Position numbers and translations under genes: made by a program. The notes beneath the pieces were generated by a model. The model saw only the letters and a program-made list of their open reading frames with translations, was not told the DNA's origin and ran no database searches. A stretch of 64,000 nucleotides of DNA, taken from Hamiltosporidium tvaerminnensis FI-OER-3-3 (Eukaryota; Fungi; Microsporidia). Positions 52,801 through 64,000 of the stretch are shown piece after piece. The DNA is taken from assembly GCA_022605425.2 (NCBI GenBank), contig CM061251.1, positions 941,215 to 1,005,214 on the forward strand, given 5' to 3'. Every line of letters starts with the position of its first letter. The stretch's first letter is position 1.

Positions 52801-55800
52801 GCATATTTCTTTATAAAACACTCCAGGTTTCCTAGAAAATCTTCGTATTGTGTACGAATTAGAAAAAATGGAAATACAGTTAGCAAAATTTAGATAGAGA
52901 TTCATTGAACCTTTTTACCCTCTCTAAATATACAAAGTACCATAATTATTATTTCATAAACCTGAAAGGGAACTTATTATTTAGATTTTAATAAATCTAT
53001 ACAATGCAAAAAAGGCGAAAAATATTACAAAAATTTTTAAATGTAGATTCTTTTAGAAACTAAAATATTTGACACACATAAAACGGTTGAACAATTTAAA
53101 TACCAATAATAAAGGCTAATAAGAGGAAATAACATTATATTAGTATTTTAACAGAAAATCTAGTCTTATTTTATAACCTGTAACATTATTATATTGTTAG
53201 CCTGGTTTAATTGACTATTTCAAAAATATTTAAATAGAAGCAAAAGGAAATAGAATAAAAAATAGAAAATTATATTTAACGTAATTTAGTAGACATTAGC
53301 AAATGATAATTCAAGAGTTGTAATTATTCGTCTTACTTTATTTCTATTTTTTGTATTTCTATTTATGAAACTATCAAAATTAACATTAATTTAAATGAAA
53401 CTAAGTCAAGAAGATATTAATAAAAATTAAAAAAACGCTAAAAATTTTAATAGACAAATAAGTCTTTTTTAGACAAACTACTGTTTTTTTACCTTTATGT
53501 ACAAATTTAAAAAGTATCAACTGTTTTTAAAAGTGTTTCATCCTAATTTATTTTATGTATCAAGGAAACCCAAATAATATAAAATAAATTTATATTCTTT
53601 AAATCGACATCAAGATAGTTTAATTTATTAAAATATCATGTTTTTATATACAATTAGAATACACCAGCACTGTGAAATTAGACTCCCTATATCAGAAAAT
53701 ATTTTAATAGAATATTTTAAAAATATAATAAATTCAAAAACCATTAAGAATTAAATATTAATCTAAAAAACGACTACAGTTTTTTTTAATTGAAATAGAA
53801 ATTTGGTAATAAACAAGGGAGACATTATAATTTACTTATTTTATGTAATTTAATTTAAATTTAAAAAAAGAATTTTGCAGCTTCGATCTTTACAATCTAA
53901 AGAACCACCTTATATCTATAGATTCCATACTACAAATGAATTTATAAAAAAAAGGTCTTAAATGCTAAAACTTGTTTTAATATTCTATTTACATATAATT
54001 CTACAGACTAAATTTTTCTTTTCTTTTATAATAGCTAGAAATATTATAATAAACACAAATTAATAAAAAAGATGCTAAAATTTGGAAATATATATAATAA
54101 TTTAATTGAATAACTGTTAGCAGTTACAATATATTTTTAAAGAAGAACTTATAATCAAAAAGTATAATATTTTCCTGATATTTTTAATTACATTGATAAA
54201 TTAAGCGTAGCAAATTTGATTAAAAAATATTAAGTAAATAAAATAGCCAGGCTTATTCTTTTTATTCAAATAAAAATTACTAACCTGTATCTTTTTAATT
54301 TAATAAATGTCCTAATTATTTTTTTTTTCAAATTTATATCATATTGCATTTTACTTCCTTACAAATTAAATATAAAAAAAATTGCTACATCCAATATTTA
54401 CATATGTGAAATAAATTACAGTAGTTAAGATAACTACATTATACAAGTTTCATTTCAAAATCCAGATGTAGTATCTAGTTATTAGAAAAAAACCTAAAGT
54501 ATTAACTAAAAAAAACTATGATCAATAAGTATTGTAAAAAAATGTTATTTATGAATGGATTTTAATATATTGCTTTTCTATATATCATATAAAACCCAAC
54601 ACAAATATCAAAAGACGACATAAATTAGTTTCACACACAAATATATTCATTTATAATAATTTAGAAAGTATCGTACAAATCTTTGTCATATTTCTCTTAT
54701 AGTTTCCTTTCACTTTGAAAAAATCCTCGAAGTTTCTATTTTATCATCAAAATTAGAGATAATCTTCAAAACAAAGATAATTGATATTTAAAAGTAGTAT
54801 CCTGAATTTATTTTATAATAAAATTAATAGGTTTAAAACTTCGTAGTTATCTTCTATTTGAGCAGATTATAAATATATTAGTAAGTTTTACCAAAGTAAT
54901 ATTTTAAAATTCTGAATTTCTTTTATTACTATGTAAAACGTAAAAAAAAATTTAAAAAAATGTATAAACCCCCTTTCATATACTCCATCAAAAGACAATA
55001 AATTTTTTTAAAAACAGTATATAGATATAATGAACCAAAGAGCAAGTTACGAAAAATACCCATAATGTCAAATTGAAAGAACCCTAAGATCAGATATTCT
55101 TTTGAAAAGCCTGCGAGAGATACAATAGAGGAAATATATTAAGTCTGGTACAGCTGAATATGATATATGTTTTGATTTCTTTTTTGATTATAAATTTGTA
55201 CCATATGATTTATTAATTGGAAAGAATCATATTACATTTCTATAAAGATATTCTACGATTTCCCTCCTCTTTTATACATTGGATATATAGCTTTTCGGTT
55301 TCTACTTAATTTTTATGAATAGAGGATATTTTATCAAGTTTTACAAAGTTTAACAAAATATTTAATTTGTATTCAAAACACATTTTTTTTCGTAAGTGTT
55401 AGGAACTATTTAAATTTTACTAATCTCTTCCATCATCTTCTATACATTATGGCGTTGTCAATTTTAACAGAAATTCTACCTAAAAAATACATTTTCTGTC
55501 ATTAAAATTCTTTATTTGCACTTCTAATTATTATTACCAAATTAAATTTTCTTTTTGATTCTTAAAAGTTTTTTTAAACAATTTTGTGATTTATGCCAGT
55601 AAACATTAAAATTTCTATGAAGTACCAAATCCAAAATATATTATCAGCACAATATTCTTTTATTTATATAATTTGTATTTTAAATGAGTATAAAGAAAAT
55701 CTTGAATTAAATTTAAATAATTTAACTGCACTGTAAAAGTTTTTTTTAAGTCACCTATGGTTTTTAAGATTAATAACATATTCTCTACTAACATTATATT

Positions 55801-58249
55801 CATTGCGTTTTATTATGATATCTGTTAAAATATTGAAACATAAATCCCTTTTTTATTTAAAGTCTAACCCATAAGAATTAATTTGCAAGAAAAAACCGCT
55901 ACTTAAGGAAAAGAATATAAATTTTACCAATATTCTTAGAAGTACAAATTGAAGTATTTAAACCCACGAAACCATCCTTCTTATCTTTTTTTGATATTTT
56001 TTTTAAGAACTCTACAATACTTTTAAAATGTTTACTTTTTGTTTGTAGTGGAATATAATGCAGGTTTATAATTTGACTACGGTTTTATTCTTTTGTATAA
56101 TTAAAGAATATTTCAATTTTTTATTGGATAAATACAAAACGATTTTGAGAAAATATTTAACTGCACACTGATTATAGTAAGAAATCAGAGCAATTCTTTC
56201 CTTTTATATTTTTAATTTATTCATCACAATTTTTTTTGATTATTAAATGAAGATTTATAATTTCGTTTAAATAAAACAGAAAAAATGGAATCAAAAATAG
56301 TGTGAGTAGTGCATAGTAGGATTTAATAAAAGATTTTATTGTCTGATATCGATCAAATATTTTTCTGATGTTAATTGGCTTGTAGTATTGAAGAATTGAA
56401 TATCCATAAAAACAAAAGACAGTATATTTATAAGTGATAATAGGTGTAGGAGAAGGAAAAGTTGTGAATGGATGTGATGACGTAATGAACATATTATTTT
56501 TAAAATTTTATATTCTTGGGTTCTTAGGTATTGTTGCTCTAAATCTATAATGTATATATTTTTGAACAAATTTTAGGAAAATACTGAAATCCACAAGAAG
56601 AAACTTTTAGAGCGCGTTGTATTCTTTTTGCTTTCTATTTTTTAGAACAAACATATAATATTCAGCTAAACCATCTTCTTAATTAAATGATAGAATTGAA
56701 GCAAAAAGAATTAGAAAAAATATTGAATGATTTAAAACTTTTCATGAATATGAATAATTTTCTATTCCGATAATTTATAATAAAAAATTCTATATCTTCA
56801 TATTCTTTTATTAAATTGTTACCCTTGTATTAAAAACATTTTCTGACTTCTTTTTATCTGTTATAATATTTTCGTCGTTTTAAAAATATTTTATTAATTC
56901 TTTAAAAAAGAGAATTTAATTTGCTGATTCTTTTACAATAAAAAACCGATCCAGATTGTGATATTACAAATAAATTAATAATAAGATTTTTATACACTAT
57001 ACTTTCTACTATAAAACGAAACATTGAAACAGAATAAGGTTAGACCTCTAACTCATTAAGTTTCATTTAACAGTCTATAAAAATTAACCAAAACAAACAC
57101 TATTTGTTCAGATACTCTTATTTATATATACTGAAATCAAGCTCAAAAAATTAATTAATACATTAGGTATGCTTAGTGCAGATACTTTAAACTACAATAA
57201 GACACACATATGTATGAATAATAAAACAAGGGTATAAAATATATGTGCCAGTCTCGTAAAAAAATTTCTTTGTTTTTTTATATTTCTAAGATTCGTCTTC
57301 CATTTTAATATTTTATATGTTTTAAATTTATTAATGCATTGTTAAAAATAACAGAATCCTAGGTATTTGCTAAATCTATATCAAAATTAAGATAGCTGTT
57401 AATTAAAAGCAATAGAAGATAAGTAAAAGCATAATTTGTAATACTATAACTGTAAAGAAGACTTACCGAGGAGTGTTTGTATTCTATTTAGAAGTTAAAA
57501 AATTGGTTCATTTTTTTAAGTGCCAATGAATTTCTTATACCTTTAAAAGAGATTAAAATAAAATACTCGAATTATTTACAGAAAATATATTTATTCAGGT
57601 TAAATTTGAATTATCCATAATTCGCATTAATTTTATAAGATTTCTTATATATCAACTGGTAATACGTATAAATTCGTGTAAATTCGTAGTTTCGTTTTTA
57701 AATTGAGGTTGTTTTTTTTTAACAATTTAAAAAGTCAAACAAGATACTTATTTAATGAAGTAATGACAGGTTTGTCTCTAAAAATGCGGACTAGTATTAT
57801 CAAATATTTTAATTTTTATATTCTTCAGCTTTAAAATAAATTTTGAGTAAACTCACGAATAATATTATTTAAATATAGGTACATCTAAGCATTTACCAAG
57901 CTAAATTTTTAAAATTAAAAAAAGTGTTTTTAAAAACTATATTTTGCCATTTTAATTTGTATAGAGAATTAATCTAAAAAATTTGATAAAACCCAAAACC
58001 ATAAGTCTATTTCTTTGTATCGATAGTTAGACGCGAAATTATAGTCGCGTGTATTAGACAGACATTGTTGGTAATTAGAGAGAACACATTTATAAAAAGG
58101 GAAATCACTTTACAGATAGCATATGCAATATTCGAGTATCATGTACAGTGTTTGAAGAGAGCATTGGGGATCAAATACCAAAGTTTACATCTTTAAGGCC
58201 AGCGAGATAAAGATGATTCAATAAACTTTTTTATTTAAACTTCTAAACA

Positions 58250-59300
58250 GTTTCTTAAAGCTAGTTGGCAAATAGTGCTAAAAATCTGTATATTTCAAAG
58301 TTCTTTCGTTGTATACCTCTTATAAAAGTATTTCATCTAAAAAGGCAATTTTGTTCCTAAATCAGGCTCATTGCCTTGGAGTTATTGCAAAACAGGCATT
58401 AATGCAGCCATGATTGTATATCAACATTTTTATAATTGAATAAATTCAATTTGTTTAGTAAATTCGATTTTTTTTAATCCATTGAACGGGTTATTTGTTT
58501 ACTAGCCTATGCATTTATGTCTAGGTCTGAGCAAATAATCTTACATAACCCCTTCAACAAGCCATATCAGCATGAGAGTAATAGTATTGGTACTTTAAGC
58601 TGCGAATTCAAGAGTAATATCAGTATCAGTTGGTATTGATGGCATTTGTTGTATGGCTTCTACATTTGTATGGTAAAAGAGTTGTATCAGGGCATCATAA
58701 AATTACTACCCCAGAAATGGCAAATCCCTACCCAATGGAATAGTATGGGGACCACTGTAGAATATGCCACGAATTAAAAATTCAGCCATATATATAGTTT
58801 TTTATTTTCTCAAGACAAATTGCTTTAACTGTACAATACAAAATGATAGTCTAGTTCTTTGATAGGTTTCTCTAATGACTTACTTCAAACTTATCATGGT
58901 ATTTTAGATAGACTGTAATACGAAGAATAAACCATATAAATCAGAGTTCATCTATTAAAACCCACTTTACCAATCGAAATACTTGAATATCATTGTGTAT
59001 TGAATTAGTTCCAATCCATACCAACCCCTGTAACTTATATATTATTTAGTAGATTTAAAATATGTCAATATATAATATAAAAAATAGAATAAATTCATAG
59101 CACTTTCGATATTCTCTCTGAGAATATCCACCCTACGCACATTAAATATAATATAACTCAGATATTCTCGAAGAAATTATCTATTCTATATACAGGAAAA
59201 AGCTTAAATTAAAAAAAGAAAAAATTCTAGATTTTACTGAAAGTATCAAGTCAAGAAATTAGTATTGTCTTAAAAAAAACTTCCTAAAATATAAAGAAAT
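58250..59300 (+). pseudogene. Family D copy 6 (highly diverged; true extent probably larger)
   Basis: AGGCAATT...TTGCCTTGGAGTTATTG (~58343-58387, cf. 22468-22512), TTGTTTAGTAAATTCGA (58451, cf. 1052), TATGGCTTCTACATT (~58652, cf. 1247). Same order and orientation as the other copies. Confidence 0.55.
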
Positions 59301-62254
59301 GTTTTAAATTACCCAATTTCGATAATCACTGTATAATTTGTATTTAACATGTGAAAAAATCAATACTTTATTTATATTATGTACGTTTGACTTATATACT
59401 TTCGAATGAAAGATAACTAATGCTATAGTCCCCCTAAGTTTTAAAAAATATATTCAGGTTGCTAATATATATAGTAGTTTCTTTCGTTTTTCTTAAAAAA
59501 TATAAGTATATTAATAGTTAATAAATAAAATAATTTAGCACAAAAAAAATTTGAAGAATTTTTTGCTTAAAACATAATTATAAGTTAAAAAAATTGTAAA
59601 TTTTAAACTTAAACTAGGCAAAACCAAATTAAATTTTTATTAAAACGAAAAAATATCTATTTGAGCAATCTGAAATATAATTGGAAAAATAAATTCTAAT
59701 AAAAAATCATTAATGTATATTCTATCATTTATAGAGTCAAACGGGAAAACTAGATCTAAGAAAAATTATAACAGTTTTTGACAGATTTAAAACATTATTT
59801 CTTTGTACGGTACATAAATCATCAATATAAAATATAAGATTTCACAGTTTACTATATCCAAAAAAAATATGTTTAATGTTTTTTTAAACTAGTTTAGTTT
59901 ATATACTACTTAAATTTATTAATATAAATGCTTTCTTAATAGATATTATAAAAGAATGATAATCGAAGAAAGTAATATTATATAAAACAAAAAATAAAAT
60001 TTAAACCGGTTGAATGAAAATACTATTACCTTCGGATTAGAGTTACAATTTAAAATATCTTAAATTTGTAGCAAGTTCTACTTTAGTAAAAAATATCTTG
60101 ATTCCCTCTTGTATTTTTAGCCTATAGATATAAATTAAAGGTTAAAAAATAGAGATAATTCGGTCTTCATAAAACAGTTAAAGTAAGCATTGTCTCAAAA
60201 TAAAGGATATCCAAACTAGAATAAACCGTTCATTCTTCAACCAAAGTTATTTATTTAACACCTGTATTTTAAAAAATTAACAAATTTTTAATACTACAAA
60301 TAGAATTTAATATTTCAGATTTTCACAATAAAATATTTTTCTCAAGATATTTTTCGAATTTCGTTGCTAGAATACAATTCTATCCTAATGAAAAAAAAAA
60401 AAAAACTGTATACAATATACTACAATAATACAAACCATTAGTAATTTCTTAGAAAATTAAAAATTGAAAAGTTTAAAAATAATTTGAACAAATTGAAGCT
60501 CACGAATATTAGTAGAAGAATTTTTTTCAGAATACAGAGCTAGAATTCAAAACGTTTACTGATTTTTTTAAAAATCTTGACTTTTGCAAAAAAACTAAAA
60601 ATTCTCCATTATGTATACAGTATTACAAAGAATTTTCGGATTAATTTATTTAAAATATACTTAGATCATATAAAAATCATAAATAAGCTGTTAAAATTCA
60701 AATCAAATCTAAAATTGTAAAAATTGCACAAATAAGATATTTGAAAAAAAATTAAAATTTAAAAAAAAAAATAAAAATTTTGAAAAGATGTAAAAAAACA
60801 TGAAAAAACAGCTAAATTTAAGAGAGAATTAAAAAAAATTAAAGAACGCCAATAAAAAGATATAAAAAAATTAATAAAAATTGTAATTAAATCCAAAAAG
60901 ATATTAACAACTTTACAAATAAATAATTCTTGTAAATTAGTACAAATCTTTTTAAAAAATTTAAAAAATAGTTTAAAAATTTAAAAAAATCAAAAAAACT
61001 TTTAAAAAAATTTGAAACGAAGACATTTATATTAAAAAGTAAAAACGGTTAACGACATCAAAAGTAAACATTTGTACAACTTCTATAAAGACATGATTTT
61101 CACAGCAAACCATATTTGCTGTATAATATTTAAATTTGTTATAAAAAAACACAAAAAACTTCCTAAAATATAAAAAAATAGAGTAAAAAGCTTATTAAAT
61201 ATTGTAATAACTAAAAAAAATACTCACACTTCTACGAAAGCAACGAAAGACTTGACAGAAAGAGAAAAAACCATAAAACAGCACGATATTGAACAACAAC
61301 TCATAACAGAATTACAAGGAAATAATTTATGCCATATTAACTTAGCAAGAATATTTCAAAATCCTCGTTTTTGCGTATAATTAAAGAAAGTATTTTAAAA
61401 AAAGTATATATTATTACGAAAATCTTATACCAACAGAAAATACATTGACAATTCAAATGTGATAACTACACAAAAAAATATTTAAATAAAAAATATGGCT
61501 AAGTAAATATTTTTCTACTTAAATTTTAAATTCTAAATAATAAGATATTTACAAGGAAGATAATCGAAGTGAGCGATTGATCTAAAATAAAAAGAATGTA
61601 AAAATGTATATTTCAAATTAAGAAGATTGGGTAACTTAATGCCGACGAAGAGAATAAATTAAATAAATATGATTATTTGGATACTTTAAAATACAATATA
61701 CACAAAAAAAGGAAAACAACATAGTTTATTTATAACTAAAAACTCTAACTTAACACTCGCAAATCAAATATTTTCATGCCATACGAAATTTATTACTAGC
61801 CCAAACTCCTTCACGCAACTACATCTTAAAAACACAAACCACAAAATAACATATAATGCAGCATTGCCAGTTATTAACCCAGATTCTTTTTCAAAATCCT
61901 ATCTAAAAATAATCACCTTAACTCTAATCCAGAAACCAGATTCAAAGAAATAGAAAGAAATAAACGCAACAAGATTAGAGTTATGGTTGGTTTCCGGTGT
62001 TGGATAACTAGAAGAGCAATTATATTTTCACACTACAATTAAATTTTTCGATTGTTCTTACTTCTTTTTTATTTTTTAAGCATTTTACTTTATATTCTTT
62101 ATTACATATACAAATTTCTTTCTTGGGTGATAGGTAAAAATACCATTATTAACTGTTTTTCCCTATTTAACTTATCTTTGTTTCAATTTTAATTTTTAAA
62201 AACCTGTTAGCTCAGGTAATTCCATACTTTCATCCAAAAAAATTGATTTTAAAA

Positions 62255-63120
62255 GAACAGTTAGGGTAAATATACATTTTCTCTTTTCGGTAGGGATGAC
62301 TTTATTTTCAAAAACGACTATTTTAACATTTTATATTTAAATAAATCCAAAAAAAAAGTTAGGAAAAAAAATTAAATTTTTATTTATGAAAATTTTATTC
62401 GGCTCTTGTAAATCAGTTATGAAAGAAACTAATAACTCTTATCTAGTTAGTGGGGTTATGAAATGTACTTTTCTTTGAATAAACCAGCGTGAAACAAATC
62501 TTCTTGTTTTTGAATTGGGAAAATATGTTTTATAAATTTTGCTATGCTTTTAAGCCAAATAAATTTTAATGTAGGCTAGGGAAATGAGAAGTATAGAAAG
62601 AAAAAGAAAAGTTAGGGAAAAAGAAAGCCAAAGTTAGGGAACATAAAAGTGAGTTAAGGAAAAATGAAAACTAGACAAGCATGTAATCACTACTTTGAAA
62701 AATTTAGTAAGGAAGTACATGGTATAGTTATGGGAAAAAGAAAATGGATCTTTAAAAGGAAAGGAGGTTAGGAAGAACAGAATTAGTTAGGAAACAAAGA
62801 AAGTTATTGAAAAAAAGAAGTATTTATAGAAGAAAATATATTTACTTAAAAAAATTCTTAGATAGAGAAACAGGAAACTTTTTTAAAAAAGAATTTGTTA
62901 TAGAAAAAGAAAATTGGTGAGACAATGATTAGTTTAGTGAGACATTAATTGGGGTAGGGGAAAATGAGTAGTATTGAACAGAGGATAGGGTGTGGGATAA
63001 AAAGGTTTTTGAGAAAATAATTAGTTTGGAAAAACGATTATAAAGTAAGGAAAAGAAACAGCAGAGAAAAATATATTAGTAAGGGTTGTAAAGAATTTGG
63101 TTGGGGAATTAAAACAAATC
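62255..63120 (+). repeat. Telomere-associated purine-rich sequence with dispersed degenerate telomeric motifs
   Basis: GTTAGG(G)-like motifs, mostly followed by A-runs, at 62260, 62358, 62611, 62633, 62653, 62767 and 62786. The + strand is strongly A/G-rich from ~62570. No ORF. Confidence 0.65.
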
Positions 63121-64000
63121 TAGGGTTAGGGTTAGGGTTAGGGTTAGGGTTAGGGTTAGGGTTAGGGTTAGGGTTAGGGTTAGGGTTAGGGTTAGGGTTA
63201 GGGTTAGGGTTAGGGTTAGGGTTAGGGTTAGGGTTAGGGTTAGGGTTAGGGTTAGGGTTAGGGTTAGGGTTAGGGTTAGGGTTAGGGTTAGGGTTAGGGT
63301 TAGGGTTAGGGTTAGGGTTAGGGTTAGGGTTAGGGTTAGGGTTAGGGTTAGGGTTAGGGTTAGGGTTAGGGTTAGGGTTAGGGTTAGGGTTAGGGTTAGG
63401 GTTAGGGTTAGGGTTAGGGTTAGGGTTAGGGTTAGGGTTAGGGTTAGGGTTAGGGTTAGGGTTAGGGTTAGGGTTAGGGTTAGGGTTAGGGTTAGGGTTA
63501 GGGTTAGGGTTAGGGTTAGGGTTAGGGTTAGGGTTAGGGTTAGGGTTAGGGTTAGGGTTAGGGTTAGGGTTAGGGTTAGGGTTAGGGTTAGGGTTAGGGT
63601 TAGGGTTAGGGTTAGGGTTAGGGTTAGGGTTAGGGTTAGGGTTAGGGTTAGGGTTAGGGTTAGGGTTAGGGTTAGGGTTAGGGTTAGGGTTAGGGTTAGG
63701 GTTAGGGTTAGGGTTAGGGTTAGGGTTAGGGTTAGGGTTAGGGTTAGGGTTAGGGTTAGGGTTAGGGTTAGGGTTAGGGTTAGGGTTAGGGTTAGGGTTA
63801 GGGTTAGGGTTAGGGTTAGGGTTAGGGTTAGGGTTAGGGTTAGGGTTAGGGTTAGGGTTAGGGTTAGGGTTAGGGTTAGGGTTAGGGTTAGGGTTAGGGT
63901 TAGGGTTAGGGTTAGGGTTAGGGTTAGGGTTAGGGTTAGGGTTAGGGTTAGGGTTAGGGTTAGGGTTAGGGTTAGGGTTAGGGTTAGGGTTAGGGTTGGG
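63121..64000 (+). repeat. Telomere, (TTAGGG)n
   Basis: TAGGG at 63121-63125, then 145 perfect TTAGGG units at 63126-63995, then a terminal TTGGG. The G-rich strand runs 5'->3' toward the window end, as expected for a right chromosome end. Confidence 0.99.

Noticed and set aside
3878-56569. Remaining 60-92 aa ORFs as real small genes
   Set aside because: F/I/L/K/Y-rich composition expected from AT-rich DNA, many with non-ATG starts, and no motifs.
1-63120. Genome-wide TAA/TAG=Gln reassignment explaining the missing ORFs
   Set aside because: The intact retroelement frame uses no internal TAR and ends in TAA. Paralogs also differ by 1-nt indels and contain TGA stops.
63996-64000. Terminal TTGGG variant repeat
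   Set aside because: Last bases of the sequence; most likely consensus error.

Overview
This is the right-hand end of a very AT-rich eukaryotic chromosome (roughly 75-80% A+T by eye). About 63 kb of subtelomere ends in 145 perfect TTAGGG repeats at 63126-63995. I can find no intact host gene, rRNA or tRNA. The only clean, recognisable coding sequence is a 5'-truncated restriction-like-endonuclease (RLE/R2-type) non-LTR retrotransposon fragment at 2894-3489, flanked by a 9-bp target-site duplication. From memory its peptide resembles retroelements of the microsporidian Hamiltosporidium; that organism assignment is an unverified inference. Much of the rest is decayed paralogous coding-like DNA. 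There are six co-oriented copies of an unknown ~2.3-2.7 kb family ('family D'). There is also a direct segmental duplication (~13.0-20.6 kb vs ~35.3-45.2 kb) carrying an ordered A-B-C-D cassette, plus several unidentifiable GC-richer relics. The best candidate for an undescribed system is the family-D array. Its copies show patchwork (mosaic) relatedness, an invariant 24-bp core, codon-like third-position divergence together with shared stops, and a position-conserved 23-nt GT..AG segment. This could be a recombining subtelomeric archive and/or cryptic micro-introns, but plain pseudogene decay is not excluded. All alignments were done by eye, so pseudogene boundaries are approximate.
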